A DNA stretch of 64,000 bases from Epiperipatus broadwayi (Eukaryota > Animalia > Onychophora): positions 1,674,001 to 1,738,000 of the forward strand of contig JAQFVV010000009.1 in assembly GCA_028023455.1 (NCBI GenBank). The letters are read 5' to 3'. Below the pieces are notes generated by a model that saw nothing but the letters and a program-made list of their open reading frames with translations, searched no databases and was not told the DNA's origin. Position 1 is the stretch's first letter. The number at the start of each line of letters is the position of its first letter. Shown here piece after piece: positions 1 to 11,900 of the stretch. A program made the translations under genes and the position numbers.

Positions 1-1220
1 CTATCTGAAATGCAGGAGACCAGCCCAGAGTATGCCCAAATCATGACATATAAGAAAGGAATAGGAACTTCAGACCCCAGTGACACAGCAACATTGGAAA
101 AATACGAAGCCTATAGAATAAAAGATGGTGTATTGCAATACAGAGTCACCACAGAAGAAGACTCATGGAGAATTCTTATACCCCAAACACTCAGGAACAA
201 ACTTATAGAGTATATACATTGCCTTTATGGACACTATGGACCATGTAAAGTAGAACATGTGCTCAGGGAAGTATTTTACTGGCCAAGTTTATATTCAAAT
301 GTTGTATCAGTTTTGGGAAAATGTCATGTGTGTTCACAAACTAAATATGTAAATAAGAGATTTATTGGGATCTTGCAGCCTATTTTAGCACCCAACCCTA
401 ATGAAATGTTGGCCATGGATTTTTATGGGCCTTTACCTGCCTATAAATGATACCAATATTTAATCATACATTATACCGATATTTAATCGTAATGTACGAC
501 ATATTTTCTAAGTAAGTAACTGCATATCCATTAAGAAAGGCGGTTATACGAAGTACTATCCGGATCTTACAGGAGCATCAGTTTCCTAAGATTGGTATGC
601 CCAGATGATACTCACAGATCATGGGACACCCTTTAAATACCACTGGAAAAAGTGGATTCAGCAACAGGGCATTCAGCATGTATTAATATCTATTCGTAAT
701 CCTCAATCAAATCCCTGTGAGAGAGTCATGAGAGAGTTAAACCGTTTATTTTGGCTTTACGTCAGCAAAAATCACCGTGGATGGGTGAATCAGATGGGAA
801 ATATCACCAACTACATAAATTGGACACAGAATGAATCTACAGGGTTTGCCCCATCAGATTACATTTTGGACAGAATTATCCAATGCTGATAAAGGCTCCC
901 TTGCCTGTAGATCGGGACAAAATTGATAAAGAAATGGATAGAAGAAAGGCTCGAAGAAGGTTGAAACATATGGCTAAAGTACGCATAAAGCAGGGAAATC
1001 CACGATCATGTAGATTCGAGGTAGGGGACTTGGTTTTTGTATGAAAATCTCATGTCAGCAATCCAACCCAGCATCAATATAAGAAATTTTTCCCAGTATA
1101 TGAGGGACCCTTCACTATACAAAAGAAAAGTGGTCCTAATGCCTTTGTACTGGAAGATGAGCATGGGGTTTATGGATCTTATAATGCACGAAGCCTTAGG
1201 CCAGCCACCTAAAAGATAGG
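1..1220 (+). mobile_element. Ty3/Gypsy LTR retrotransposon pol remnant (integrase zinc-binding domain, catalytic core, C-terminal region); pseudogenised
   Basis: ORF 10-450 has the integrase HHCC pattern (HCLYGHYG...VFYWPSL...CHVC) followed by EMLAMDFYGPLP. ORF 605-889 has ILTDHGTPF...NPQSNPCERVMREL (DDE core). Stops and frameshifts lie between the pieces; a GPFTI-like motif follows near 1105. Confidence 0.9.
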
Positions 1221-1261
1221 AGGTACACTTAAGGAATTGATCTCAGGGCCAATGTTCAGCC

Positions 1262-1273
1262 AGGGGGAGGGGA
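1262..1273 (+). other. Polypurine tract of the Gypsy element
   Basis: AGGGGGAGGGGA directly after the end of pol and before a non-coding region. Confidence 0.65.
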
Positions 1274-3199
1274 TTTAAAAATTTTAAATGTTGGGGTTTA
1301 AAGTTTGAAAAAAAAAAAAGAAAGAGCAAATAGATGCTTTTATTTTTTTTTTGTTGGCATGAAGGGGCAGTTGAACTGGATACTTTATATGATTGAAGGG
1401 TTCTATCATGTAAATTAGAAAAAAGAAAAACCAAGTTTTATATGTGCAATAACACACATACTTATTTATCTTGAAATCTTATATTTTTAATTCTAAGTTG
1501 ATTTTAGTATAAAATATTTTTTTTTATGATGCTTGTTTTCTTTTAAAATAATTAAAAGCAAACAAAGTTTAATTAGTGCTCTTATATGTATTTTATTTAA
1601 ACTAAAAAAAAATTAATGTTGATGTATTTTAAAGCTGAGATTTAGTTTTGTATTTTTTTATATATATAAAAAAAATAATAATCATTTTTGTAAGATAAAG
1701 CCCTGTAAGATATTGTTTTTCTAATTAAGATTGAGCGGGAGATAGAGATTTACCTTGGTTGAAAGTTGCAAAAAAAGATTGCGTGGGAGATAACAAAGGA
1801 CATAAGTAGCTGGCTTGTTCAGCTTCTTGTTATTGAGGATCGATCAAGATTTTAGCTGTTATTGAACTGTTGCATTGTGAAAGTGACTAAATTTTTTCTT
1901 TGATATTGGTGCCATGGGAATCACCAAGTTGAATTTCCATTGACCGACAATAACTCTATTTGCCGCGATAATAGTCATTCAGACGCCATGCCTGTAATAT
2001 ACGCCACGAAAAATCTCCACAACATGATGGGCTGAGCCTTTCCAAAGATGAACCTCCGGAGCTCCAAATTGTGACTTCAATCATGACCTAACTGTCAAGT
2101 CCAGAGTGGATCCTGATAAGGCCTCCAGACTTCTGAACCTGTAGTAAATGACAGCCATTGTAGAGGACTCTATAAACCGAACTTTGTGTGAACAACAGAA
2201 ATTAATATTATCTCGAGATAACTTACCTTTCCATATCAAAATCAGGGCTAAATCTCTAAGTCTCTCACAAATCTCAGCTTAATCTTAAAAAGAAATTATA
2301 TTTATGATCTGTAATTTATCAGATTTAAATATTAATGTATTTTTGTTTATTTTACATTACAATCTTGGTAGCAAGATTTTCAATCTTAAAATGTTACTTG
2401 TTCGAGAGTGTAGGGCGAGTGGTATTTTATATGCTTAATAATTTCTCAGTTTTATGATTAACCCTTGTTAAATGCTCAGACCGACCTTAGTAGTTTTTTT
2501 TTATTTTTGTTTGTTTGTTTTGCTTCGGCATTAAACTAAATCAAACTTGGCTTTGGCTAGCGATTTATAGGATATATGATTTATTTATTTTTTTGGTAGA
2601 GATTTATTTGCTATAATTCAGATTACATAGTTCATGTTTCTTTCTTGTGTGAGACTAACCTTGGCTCGTTTCAATGTACTTTTCCATGAGCGTTTTGCAG
2701 AATTATGATATTCTTGGTTCCGACATTTTATTTCTGGACTAAGAAAAGCTCGTCTGCACTGTCCCATTATTCTCCACAAACATCCATCTTACTAAATCTC
2801 TATAGGGAAAAGGGAATTGGTTGGGTGAACCGCTAGCAAGAAGATATAAGCCATTATTGTGTTATAGATAAGAAATGAATTTGCCTGCCTGGGTATTTAA
2901 TGGAGTACTGCTCACATACACTCAATGTTAAGATCTGCTAAGTAAATGTAGATCAAGTTTCACGTTTATTTTGTTATTATGTTTAATAAATTTAGACAGT
3001 TCTTATAAGTATTTTGGCTGACATTTGTCTCAGTGTTTTCTTAATTGTCTGAACCACATTCATTAGCTTTTTCTCTCCCTGGGTTTAGCCAGCATATTCA
3101 TGTTCGTATATCCTACCCACTCTTAAAATAAATGTCTAGTTCCAATTTTTGGACTAGTGGCGCCCTCATGGTCAGGATATACGAAACTAAAATCTTTCA
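1274..3199 (+). mobile_element. Putative long (~1.9 kb) 3' LTR of the Gypsy element
   Basis: Starts right after the PPT (TTTAA, possibly decayed TGTAA). It is non-coding and retains CpGs unlike the downstream flank, and plausibly ends at ...AATCTTTCA. No second LTR is in the window, so the right boundary is inferred. Confidence 0.5.
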
Positions 3200-6100
3200 T
3201 CCGGCATAATATCATAAATATTAAATTGGATTTATTTTGAAATTTTACTTTGATATTAAAAAATTCTGGCTACTTCATTGTCCATACATTTAAAATATGC
3301 AGATAAAAATAGTTAAGTAACCAAATAGGCGTTATTGTTGTACATAAATAATGTCACTATAATTAAATGAATTATTTGTTGTTGTCAGCTATATGTGTAT
3401 TTAAAACAACCTACAACAATTGGTTCTTTTTTTCCATTCCTTTGTGAATCACCAAAGAGGGTGTGTGGAAAATTTTCTCTACTTACAATAGAATGATAAT
3501 GTAATGATAGTGACTGCCTCTAAATGGAATTTGTATGATAATAACATTAGGAAATTTGAATTATTTAATTGACTATGATACTTAAAAAATAATTGAAAAA
3601 CATGCAAATAAAAATTTATTTTTACAATGTTTATTTATTTTTATTAAATCAATTTGGCTTAGTACTAGTGTAAAAGTTAAAGTCTCTGAAATGATTCTAA
3701 AATTTTATCAACTAAATGAATCTATTTATTCATGCCCACATTTTGATATTCAAACATTGCTTGATTTTTTTTTTAATTGACAAATATAATATAATAAAAA
3801 CATAATTAAAAACATAATATGATCAATTACTAAACAGAGCAAATAACATTAAAGATCCTATATATATAATATTCTAACACAGAGGGATAATATGCTACAT
3901 GCTATACTCCACCATCCTGATGATGATGATCTTTGGATAAGCTCAATGGTTTATATGTTATAATTATATTTACAACTGAGACATGTATTAAAATAAAAGG
4001 GAATTAAAATAATGACAATTGTTTATCATAATAGACAAACAAATTAAGAAGAGGAAAAATCTTACTCATACAAAATTTTTAAATCAACCAAACTTCCCCA
4101 TATTAAAAATGCATCCCTAAGTAGCAACAGTACTTTGCATATCATATAGAATACTAAATGAATTTCTTCTATTATATCCTCTTTAGATATCTTGAAAGAT
4201 AACTGTTAATCACCAAATAAAATTCATTGCCATTATCTGATCTGAAATAATTCTTATAAATTAAGAGCTTAATGTATTTTTCCTATAGCACGATTAACTA
4301 TAATTGATTTGCTAATGCCACACTATTAATATTTGCAACAATAAGAGTAATTTGGATAATCATAAAATAATATGTGATAATGTCAGAGTTTTTTTATCTA
4401 ATAATTTTAAGTATTAATTGGCATATCATGTCGTTGAATAAATGAATGACATCTTAGTAGCCTAAAGGAGACATACACTTCTCTTATAAGTTAATGTATC
4501 CCCAATATACTATAATAATAATTATAATTAATTAAAGAAATATTTAATTTAACTAACAAAGCATAAAAAATATAAAATTTGAAAAAAATCTAAGTCTTTA
4601 CCCAGGATGCCATTCGAGTATCTAGAAAGAAATGGGTATCTTTTATGTCATTTTAATAAATTTAAAATCAACTTCTGAAATAATGTAATCTTCATTTGCA
4701 GAATAATTAAATAATTTGCAGTCTTAAATTAAAATCAATTCAAAGTAAATCAAAATATTTTATTTTAATGCAACTCCAATCTTTGGAATTATAATTCTTA
4801 TGCAACTGAGCATGTTTAAGTTTGGATCTATATCTTATTAGAATTGTTTATCTGATTTAAACCAAGATTTCTATAACATAATTAATAATTCAAGACTCAA
4901 GAAATCATATATAGAAACAAAGACTAAATTTTAATAATAATAAAACCCATTTATTGACAGTCGACATCAACTTCACTCTACACAAAATTTAATAACAAAC
5001 TTTTACAAAAAAGAAAGGTCAACTGCAAATATAGGCACTATTTTGTTGTACAAGGTTAGTTATACAGACATTTGGGTGGTTTTGTTAACTCAAACTTGTT
5101 AATTTTTGGCTAAACATCTAATTTGTCTAAACACTATTTTATTTTATGATACACTTATTTTAAAGCAAGAATAATTTACCATTCTCTTGACTTACTTTTA
5201 AACATATTCTTCATGCTATTCTATTTTATCGTTATACAATAATCATTTACTAAGGGCTTTTAAAATATAATTTACAATAATATCTGAGAGATACTTTCAT
5301 GTTTAGTTGGCTACTATTGATTAGCATATTAACTAATAATTTTCTCTTTCAGCATTAAAAATAAAATTAGAAACTTAACCCTTAATTGTTATATGGCTGA
5401 ACATTTCTAGCAGATTGGCATGATAATATTAATTATCATATAAAACATAGATAAGAAAGCTCATGTCTGGCATTTTGTAAACTTAATAATGATAAAACTT
5501 TTCAGAAGCCATACATACAACATACTAGATTATGCCCATATCCACATAATAAATGATTTAAACCATTAATTATCTCACCAATCCATTTGTGAACTACTTC
5601 TGGATAATGATGATAGTACATATTTGCATCTTTTATTATGTTATTCTCACACATTAACATTGAATTACTAACATATTTTGTTGGCTGTCTTGTAAATTGC
5701 TGGCAAGACACAACATTACAATACATATATTACTTTATTTTACTATGCACTATGAAGAGAAAAATGTCCCTGAAGTGATTATACACTTCAAATTCTAACT
5801 TACCAGATGCTATAACAATTTTAACAAGTACATTGATTTCACATCATAGCATGGAATATAAACTTGATATCTTCATGAGCAAAAGACTTCTCATAGCCAA
5901 AATTATACCATTGGGAATAAGTAATGGCATACTCCACCTTTTCTCGGGTAAATATTGTGTGGACAAGGTTCTAACACATGGAAAATGAAATATAGACCAG
6001 AGAAAAATCCTATCTAAGAATCTAGCTATGCTAACTAAGCACAAAAGACAATAATAAAATATCAAAATATAATCCTCTCATGAAAAAAAATACCAAACTT

Positions 6101-6877
6101 TGGGGAGAGCAACTTTCAAATCCTCCAATGTACAATATAATTAGTACACAACATTCATAATGTCACATGCATCTCACAATTATAAAATGGGACTAGCATA
6201 TATATTCTTGGCATAACCATGGCAAAATAAAAAAAAAATATCACTGAAACACTAGACAAATAAATTTTCTATCTCTAAAATACATATACTAAATAATGTA
6301 CGAAGCTAACAAATAAATACAAGTCAAAGTAACTTTAAAAATATTTTAAATAACATAAAATTTCGCAAATAATACAAAATACACATATCTAGTTAATAGC
6401 ATAATATTTTAAAACTAAGGTGGATGTAAATAGCAAATGCAAAATTACTAAATATAATAATGATAAATACCTTGTCATATTAATAACTTCATAATAAAAT
6501 TATTATAATAGTTGAAATTTTTATGAGCTTCTGATATCAGGAAAGAAAAAGTAATCCTTTAGGATAATAGTCTATAATATTTCTCCAGTATTTCTGTAAT
6601 AATACAAATTTAAAAATAATTTTAAAAAATACTATGAATTAAATATTTAACATCTTAGGAAGATTTATTTTCTAAAAAAAATTAACTATTTATCACATAT
6701 TCACAAAATCATAAAAACAACAACACTTATCTAAACTATATAATACAATGCTTTTCTGAAGGTTTGTGATGATGGTGTTCTAGCTGTATTTTTATATTGG
6801 ACTATTTCCATCATCTAATATGTGTGTTGAATGACTTTAGAAAAGTTTAATTTTTAGTTAAATATTCCAAATGCATT

Positions 6878-6961
6878 CAACTGTTAGTAATATCACAGCA
6901 AACAGGTTAGTATATGCACCAACTGTTAGTAATATCACAGCAAACAGGTTAGTATACGCAC
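6878..6961 (-). repeat. 42-bp tandem repeat (2 units) in the PLE tail
   Basis: CAACTGTTAGTAATATCACAGCAAACAGGTTAGTATAYGCAC twice. Confidence 0.9.
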
Positions 6962-7001
6962 AACGTTTCGAGAGGTATTTTTCTCCCCTCTTCTTCAGGT
7001 G
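6959..7001 (-). ncRNA. Minimal type I hammerhead ribozyme in the PLE 3' region (left arm, intact)
   Basis: Minus strand reads CAC-CUGAAGA-A-GAGGGG(AGAAAAAUA)CCUCUC-GAAAC-GUU-GUG: conserved core, 6-bp helix II, palindromic AACGUU helix III, 3-bp helix I. Minimal, dimer-dependent hammerheads in PLE pseudo-LTRs are established. Confidence 0.85.
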
Positions 7002-7023
7002 TTGCTGGCCTGACCAGTGACAG

Positions 7024-7109
7024 TACTAGCATGGGATTCGAACCTGGGTCCTTAGATTCTTGATTATTGAAATTTAAGGTAAAGCTCTAACCAACTGAGC
7101 CATCCTGCC
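7024..7109 (-). other. tRNA-derived Pol III cassette, left-arm copy
   Basis: Reverse complement of 8696-8781 with one substitution after the D-arm. Confidence 0.8.
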
Positions 7110-7140
7110 AAAGGCAACAGTATGTAGTAATTTCATATAC

Positions 7141-7884
7141 TTATCTATGAGGTTCCTCCTGATTTCTCCACTTTTTCCTCAGAGCAAAGTTGATTAGTGA
7201 TTTCCATACATTATGCATAGTCACACTAGGTTGGCTTATGGGATTTTTTGCCATTGTCATGTGAGCAGCTTCTTTAAATTTTCTTCTTTGTACCTTTTCT
7301 TCTTTATCCAATATTTTTGTATTTTCCCAATTGAATGTATGTTCATTGGTCCATACATGGTCTGCTACCTTAGACACATCTGTTTTCTCTCTTCTAATCA
7401 TCAGTTTATGTTCTTGCAAGCGCTTTTGAATGGGATGGCTGGTCTCACCAATATATGTTCTTCCACATTCACATGGTATTTCATAGATGCAGTTTTTTCT
7501 TTGCAGCATTTCAAGTTTAGGCTTTGTAGATGTTAGAATTCCTCATAGTGTGGTATGGCTCTGAAAAGCTGTTCTGATGTTATACTGATTGCAGATTTTC
7601 CTTAATTTGTCTGCTATTTTTGGAATGTATGGATACACTACAGTACCAATAATTGTCTTTTCTCTTGATGGTTCTTTTTGTTGTCTGTTTAATGTTTTCT
7701 TAATAACAGCTGATGGATAACCATTTTTCTTAAGAGTTTGTTCTATATAGATCTTTTCTTTTTCCAAATCACCAGTTTCTGAACAAACTTCTTTTGCTCT
7801 GTTCCACAGTGATAGTATAACTCCATGTTTTGTGTTTCTGGTGTGATTAGATGTATAGGCTAGATATTTTCCTGTATGTGACAA
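7141..7884 (-). pseudogene. PLE ORF fragment, left arm: RT C-terminus/linker + GIY-YIG endonuclease, one in-frame TGA at 7543-7545
   Basis: HTGKYLAYTSNH...K.GVILSLWNRAKEVCS...YPYIPKIADKLRKI...CIYEIPCECGRTYIGETSHPIQKRLQEH...RRKFKEAAHM is the typical Penelope RT-EN C-terminal half. Confidence 0.9.
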
Positions 7885-8579
7885 GACTCCCTCATGGCAA
7901 AATCAAAACTACAGTTTTCCGAAAACCTACACATACAGGGAAATACCTAGCCTATACATCTAATCACACCAGAAACACAAAACATGGAGTTATACTATCA
8001 CTGTGGAACAGAGCAAAAGAAGTTTGTTCAGAAACTGGTGATTTGGAAAAAGAAAAGATCTATATAGAACAAACTCTTAAGAAAAATGGTTATCCATCAG
8101 CTGTTATTAAGAAAACATTAAACAGACAACAAAAAGAACCATCAAGAGAAAAGACAATTATTGGTACTGTAGTGTATCCATACATTCCAAAAATAGCAGA
8201 CAAATTAAGGAAAATCTGCAATCAGTATAACATCAGAACAGCTTTTCAGAGCCATACCACACTATGAGGAATTCTAACATCTACAAAGCCTAAACTTGAA
8301 ATGCTGCAAAGAAAAAACTGCATCTATGAAATACCTTGTGAATGTGGAAGAACATATATTGGTGAGACCAGCCATCCCATTCAAAAGCGCTCGCAAGAAC
8401 ATAAACTGATGATTAGAAGAGAGAAAACAGATGTGTCTAAGGTAGCAGACCATGTATGGACCAATGAACATACATTCAATTGGGAAAATACAAAAATATT
8501 GGATAAAAAAGAAAAGGTACAAAGAAGAAAATTTAAAGAAGCTGCTCACATGATAATGGCAAAAAATCCCATAAGCTAG
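7878..8579 (+). pseudogene. PLE ORF fragment, right arm: in-frame TGA at 8265-8267 and a 4-bp deletion near the C-terminus
   Basis: VTRLPHGKIKTTVFRKPTHTGKYL... through the GIY-YIG domain. Truncated at NPIS* because CAAC, present in the left arm, is missing. Confidence 0.9.
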
Positions 8580-8695
8580 TGTGACTATACATAATGTATG
8601 GAAATCACTAATCAACTTTGCTCTGAGAAAAAAGTGGAGAAATCAGGAGGAACCTCATAGATAAGTATATGAAATTACTACATACTGTTGCCTTT

Positions 8696-8781
8696 GGCAG
8701 GATGGCTCAGTTGGTTAGAGCGTTACCTTAAATTTCAATAATCAAGAATCTAAGGACCCAGGTTCGAATCCCATGCTAGTA
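8696..8781 (+). other. tRNA-derived Pol III promoter cassette (box A + box B) inside the PLE 3' region, right arm
   Basis: GGCAGGATGGCTCAGTTGGTTAGAGCG (D-arm/box A) ... CCAGGTTCGAATCCC (box B). The acceptor stem cannot pair, so it is not a functional tRNA. Confidence 0.8.
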
Positions 8782-8803
8782 CTGTCACTGGTCAGGCCAG
8801 CAA

Positions 8804-8846
8804 CACCTGAAGAAGAGGGGAGAAAAATACCTCTCGAAACATTGTG
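8804..8846 (+). ncRNA. Minimal type I hammerhead ribozyme in the PLE 3' region (right arm, helix III mutated)
   Basis: Same motif, but GAAACAUU replaces GAAACGUU (CpG decay), which breaks the helix III palindrome. Confidence 0.75.
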
Positions 8847-8994
8847 CGTATACTAACCTGTTTGCTGTGATATTACTAACAGTTAGTGTATATACTAACC
8901 TGTTTGCTGTGATATTATTAACATTTGTTTGCTGTGATATTACTAACAGTTGGTGCATATACTAACCTGTTTGCTGTGATATTACTAACAGTTG
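8844..8994 (+). repeat. 42-bp tandem repeat (~3.5 units) in the PLE tail, right arm
   Basis: TATACTAACCTGTTTGCTGTGATATTACTAACAGTT repeated, including one partial unit. Confidence 0.88.
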
Positions 8995-11900
8995 AATGCA
9001 TTTGGAATATTTAACTAAAAATTAAACTTTTCTAAAGACATTCAACACATATATTAGATGATGGAAATAGTCCAATATAAAAATACAGATATATAATACA
9101 ATGATTATTACTCTGAATTTGATAGTAGAAATATATTTCATATTTCTCTTCATAATTCATTTATTGAAGCATAAGTTATCAAAGATCACAGAAAGTAGTA
9201 ACAAAGTAATCCTCTTGCTCATTTCAGTCTATTGCCCCTTTTAATAAGTTGCCAACTTTGTATTGTAATTTTACAAAGTCATCTTTTACTTTTATTTAAT
9301 GGATTAAATTTCAATCACAATAAGGTTATGAATCCAAGTCAATCATTAGTCAGAAAGTTATCAGTTATGAGAGAACTAGAGTCACCTGATTTTTATGCAA
9401 ATCGACTCTTAGTCATTTTTTCTTTTGATAGATTTTAAAGTTAAAAAAAAAAAGGTAATTTTTAGCGTAAAAAAAAAAAAAGGGAAGTTTTTTTACAATA
9501 TACGTATATATATAATTGATTAGATTTTTAATAACTTTCTTTAGTTCTCTTTCTTTTATGCGAAAATGCATATGTATGTGTCAATTGTGCCATCATTTAA
9601 AATAATACAAAAAAAAGTTACTTTTTTATATATATATTTATCATCATATTTTAATCTGATTATTATTGATGGTAACTGTAATGTATATAATATCAATCAC
9701 TAGAAGTATTAGAAAGAGTGACAATCCAGGATGAAAGTATGTGCTTGTTCTTTGTATTAATTGTATTTTACGCAATTTGATACTCTAAATTAAAAACATA
9801 GTATACTATATTTATAACGTGTTACATGTTTAAGTAATAATTATGTTGTATGTGCATAAATATTAGTGTTAAAGCAATATTTTTAAATAAATAAAGCTAC
9901 GTAAATAAATCTAATTCATAATTAAGATAATGCAATAAAAATATTTAGAGTTTAATACATTTATTCCTATATATTTGTAATTTATAAATAAGTTAGTTTA
10001 CTTCAATTTTATTATCATCATGATCTACTAACAGTGTACTGAGGATCATGGTCTCTTTATTTTATCCTCTCATTGCAAGATGGGTTTCTTTTTTTATCTC
10101 TTGGCATCCTATTAAAAATTTCTCTAATTTTCTGGTTATTTTTTCCTGCACTATTCCATTTAAATTAATTTCTACAAATAGCTTGGGTATAATATTATGA
10201 GCTTGAACCGATTCATTCCTTTTTTTAATTCCTCATTATTTCCAATACATTTTTTATATTTCTTTATAAACTTGTGGATTTTTTTTTAAATTTAGAATTT
10301 AGAGTCCATATTCTTAAAGAACAATATCATATTTTAAAAAATATATGATTATATCAAATACCATTTTAATTCTTCTATTTCTTTATTCCATTTCATTTAA
10401 ATGTAAACAAGTAACTCTCTCACCATTGATGAAAATACATCATATTTTTTTGTTTTACAATCAGTGTTCTAACATTCATTTAACTAACACCAATTAATTG
10501 ACCTTTAACTTTAATTAATTAAAACTAGATGCCTATTGTTTATATCAATACCTGCATGCCATTGGATTGACTAGAGATTGGTTATCAGAAAAACAAATCT
10601 AAACCTGTTATGACCTCAAAATTTTCTTTAAAGATTTACCCAGCTTTGAGCCACATTCCAGATCATGAGCATAGCAAACAGAGCATTGTCCACTAGATTT
10701 TGGCTATTGTTTAATTTACCTTTGTTCACCAAATGACTAAATTCATAATTATTCACCTCTTCAGTTTTTTTGTTGGTTTTTGTTTTTACTATTAACTATA
10801 ATATTCTTAGCCAGTATAAATTTATTTTACTAAAATTTATTTTAAAGTCTTTCAATAACTATGATAATTTTGTTACTGAAATATAATAAATTAAAAGCAA
10901 TAATAGTATATATTGGAGAAAAAACAAACAAAAACAAAAACAAATTAAAAATATTAAATACAATCTCAATGCATTTTCAATGTTTTTTCTTTTTTTTTTC
11001 TTGAATATAGTTGGCCAAATAAAAAGTAAAACAACTTTTAAATGTAATACAACATCTTTATCAGTTCTTCATAAAGCAAAAGTGAAAAGAAGGTGTTTTG
11101 TTCAAATATATTGCATGAATTTTTAGAGTGAGTGTAGAATTAATATCTAAATTATTTTGCACAGCAAAAAATTTGATATCTTACATGATATTTAAAAAAT
11201 ATCTGTTTTGTTATTTACAACTTTTTTTTTTTTTTTTTAGAAGGGAATAATATAGAACTTTGCCTTATATCTTTATTCAAGTCATATAGATTATAGGTTC
11301 TATTTAAATTACAATAAAGTAATATTGAACATCTTAAAGAAAGAGATACATTCTACTGAGTTCTTATTGAAATTATGTGAAGATACAAAACTTAAATATG
11401 ACAAACATACATGTCAAAGAATAATTACTATGTTTTGCTAAAGTATCTAAATTAACATAACCAGAAATGATAAATTGCTATAATTTAAGTATGGAAAGGA
11501 AATTATTGTAAAAGTTAAGAAGCATGATCTCCTGCCCTTTTTTTCATTTATTATAAGTGATAATTGAGATTAAATTTTGAATTTTTTGGAAATTGATTGA
11601 TGTTATCAGGTTATTATAATTTTTTTAAAAAAATCAAATGTTTAATGTTCTACAAAAGTATATCTAATATGGTCAATTTTAAATAATCTATTTTAATTCT
11701 TTCCATTATTTTTAGTGATATGATTATTTGCTGTAAAAGTTCTTAGTTTTTGAACATTGTGAATTTGAAGTAAAAGACAGTAAAGATATAATAGAGATAT
11801 CTCAAGTAAGAATAATCAATGGATACCAGTATTTGGCATTGATCAATATTCAGGTTTACATATGGAATAAAGAAATATAGAGTAAATTATTTGCTGTTGT

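Larger units (their letters stand above)
6751..9089. mobile_element. Penelope-like retroelement inserted as a head-to-head inverted dimer of two 5'-truncated copies
   Basis: The left arm (about 6784-7880, -) and right arm (about 7930-9088, +) are near-identical reverse complements. Both encode the RT thumb/linker and GIY-YIG endonuclease. The direct repeat TATATAATACAATG flanks the insert (6737-6750 and 9090-9103). Confidence 0.93.

Noticed and set aside
3158-3170. TGGCGCCC as a tRNA-Lys primer-binding site
   Set aside because: Only 8 nt match, it diverges immediately afterwards, and it lies downstream of pol, where no PBS is expected.
6878-6961. CRISPR-like repeat array
   Set aside because: Contiguous tandem units with no unique spacers, no cas genes, and a eukaryotic context.
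7213-7536. ORFs 7213-7536 (+) and 8274-8615 (-) as genes
   Set aside because: Antisense shadows of the GIY-YIG coding strand.
8696-8781. Functional tRNA, or a UGA-suppressor tRNA (TTTCAAT in the loop) paired with the in-frame TGA
   Set aside because: The acceptor stem and T-stem do not pair, and TCA does not fall at canonical positions 34-36. It is a tRNA-derived promoter cassette only.
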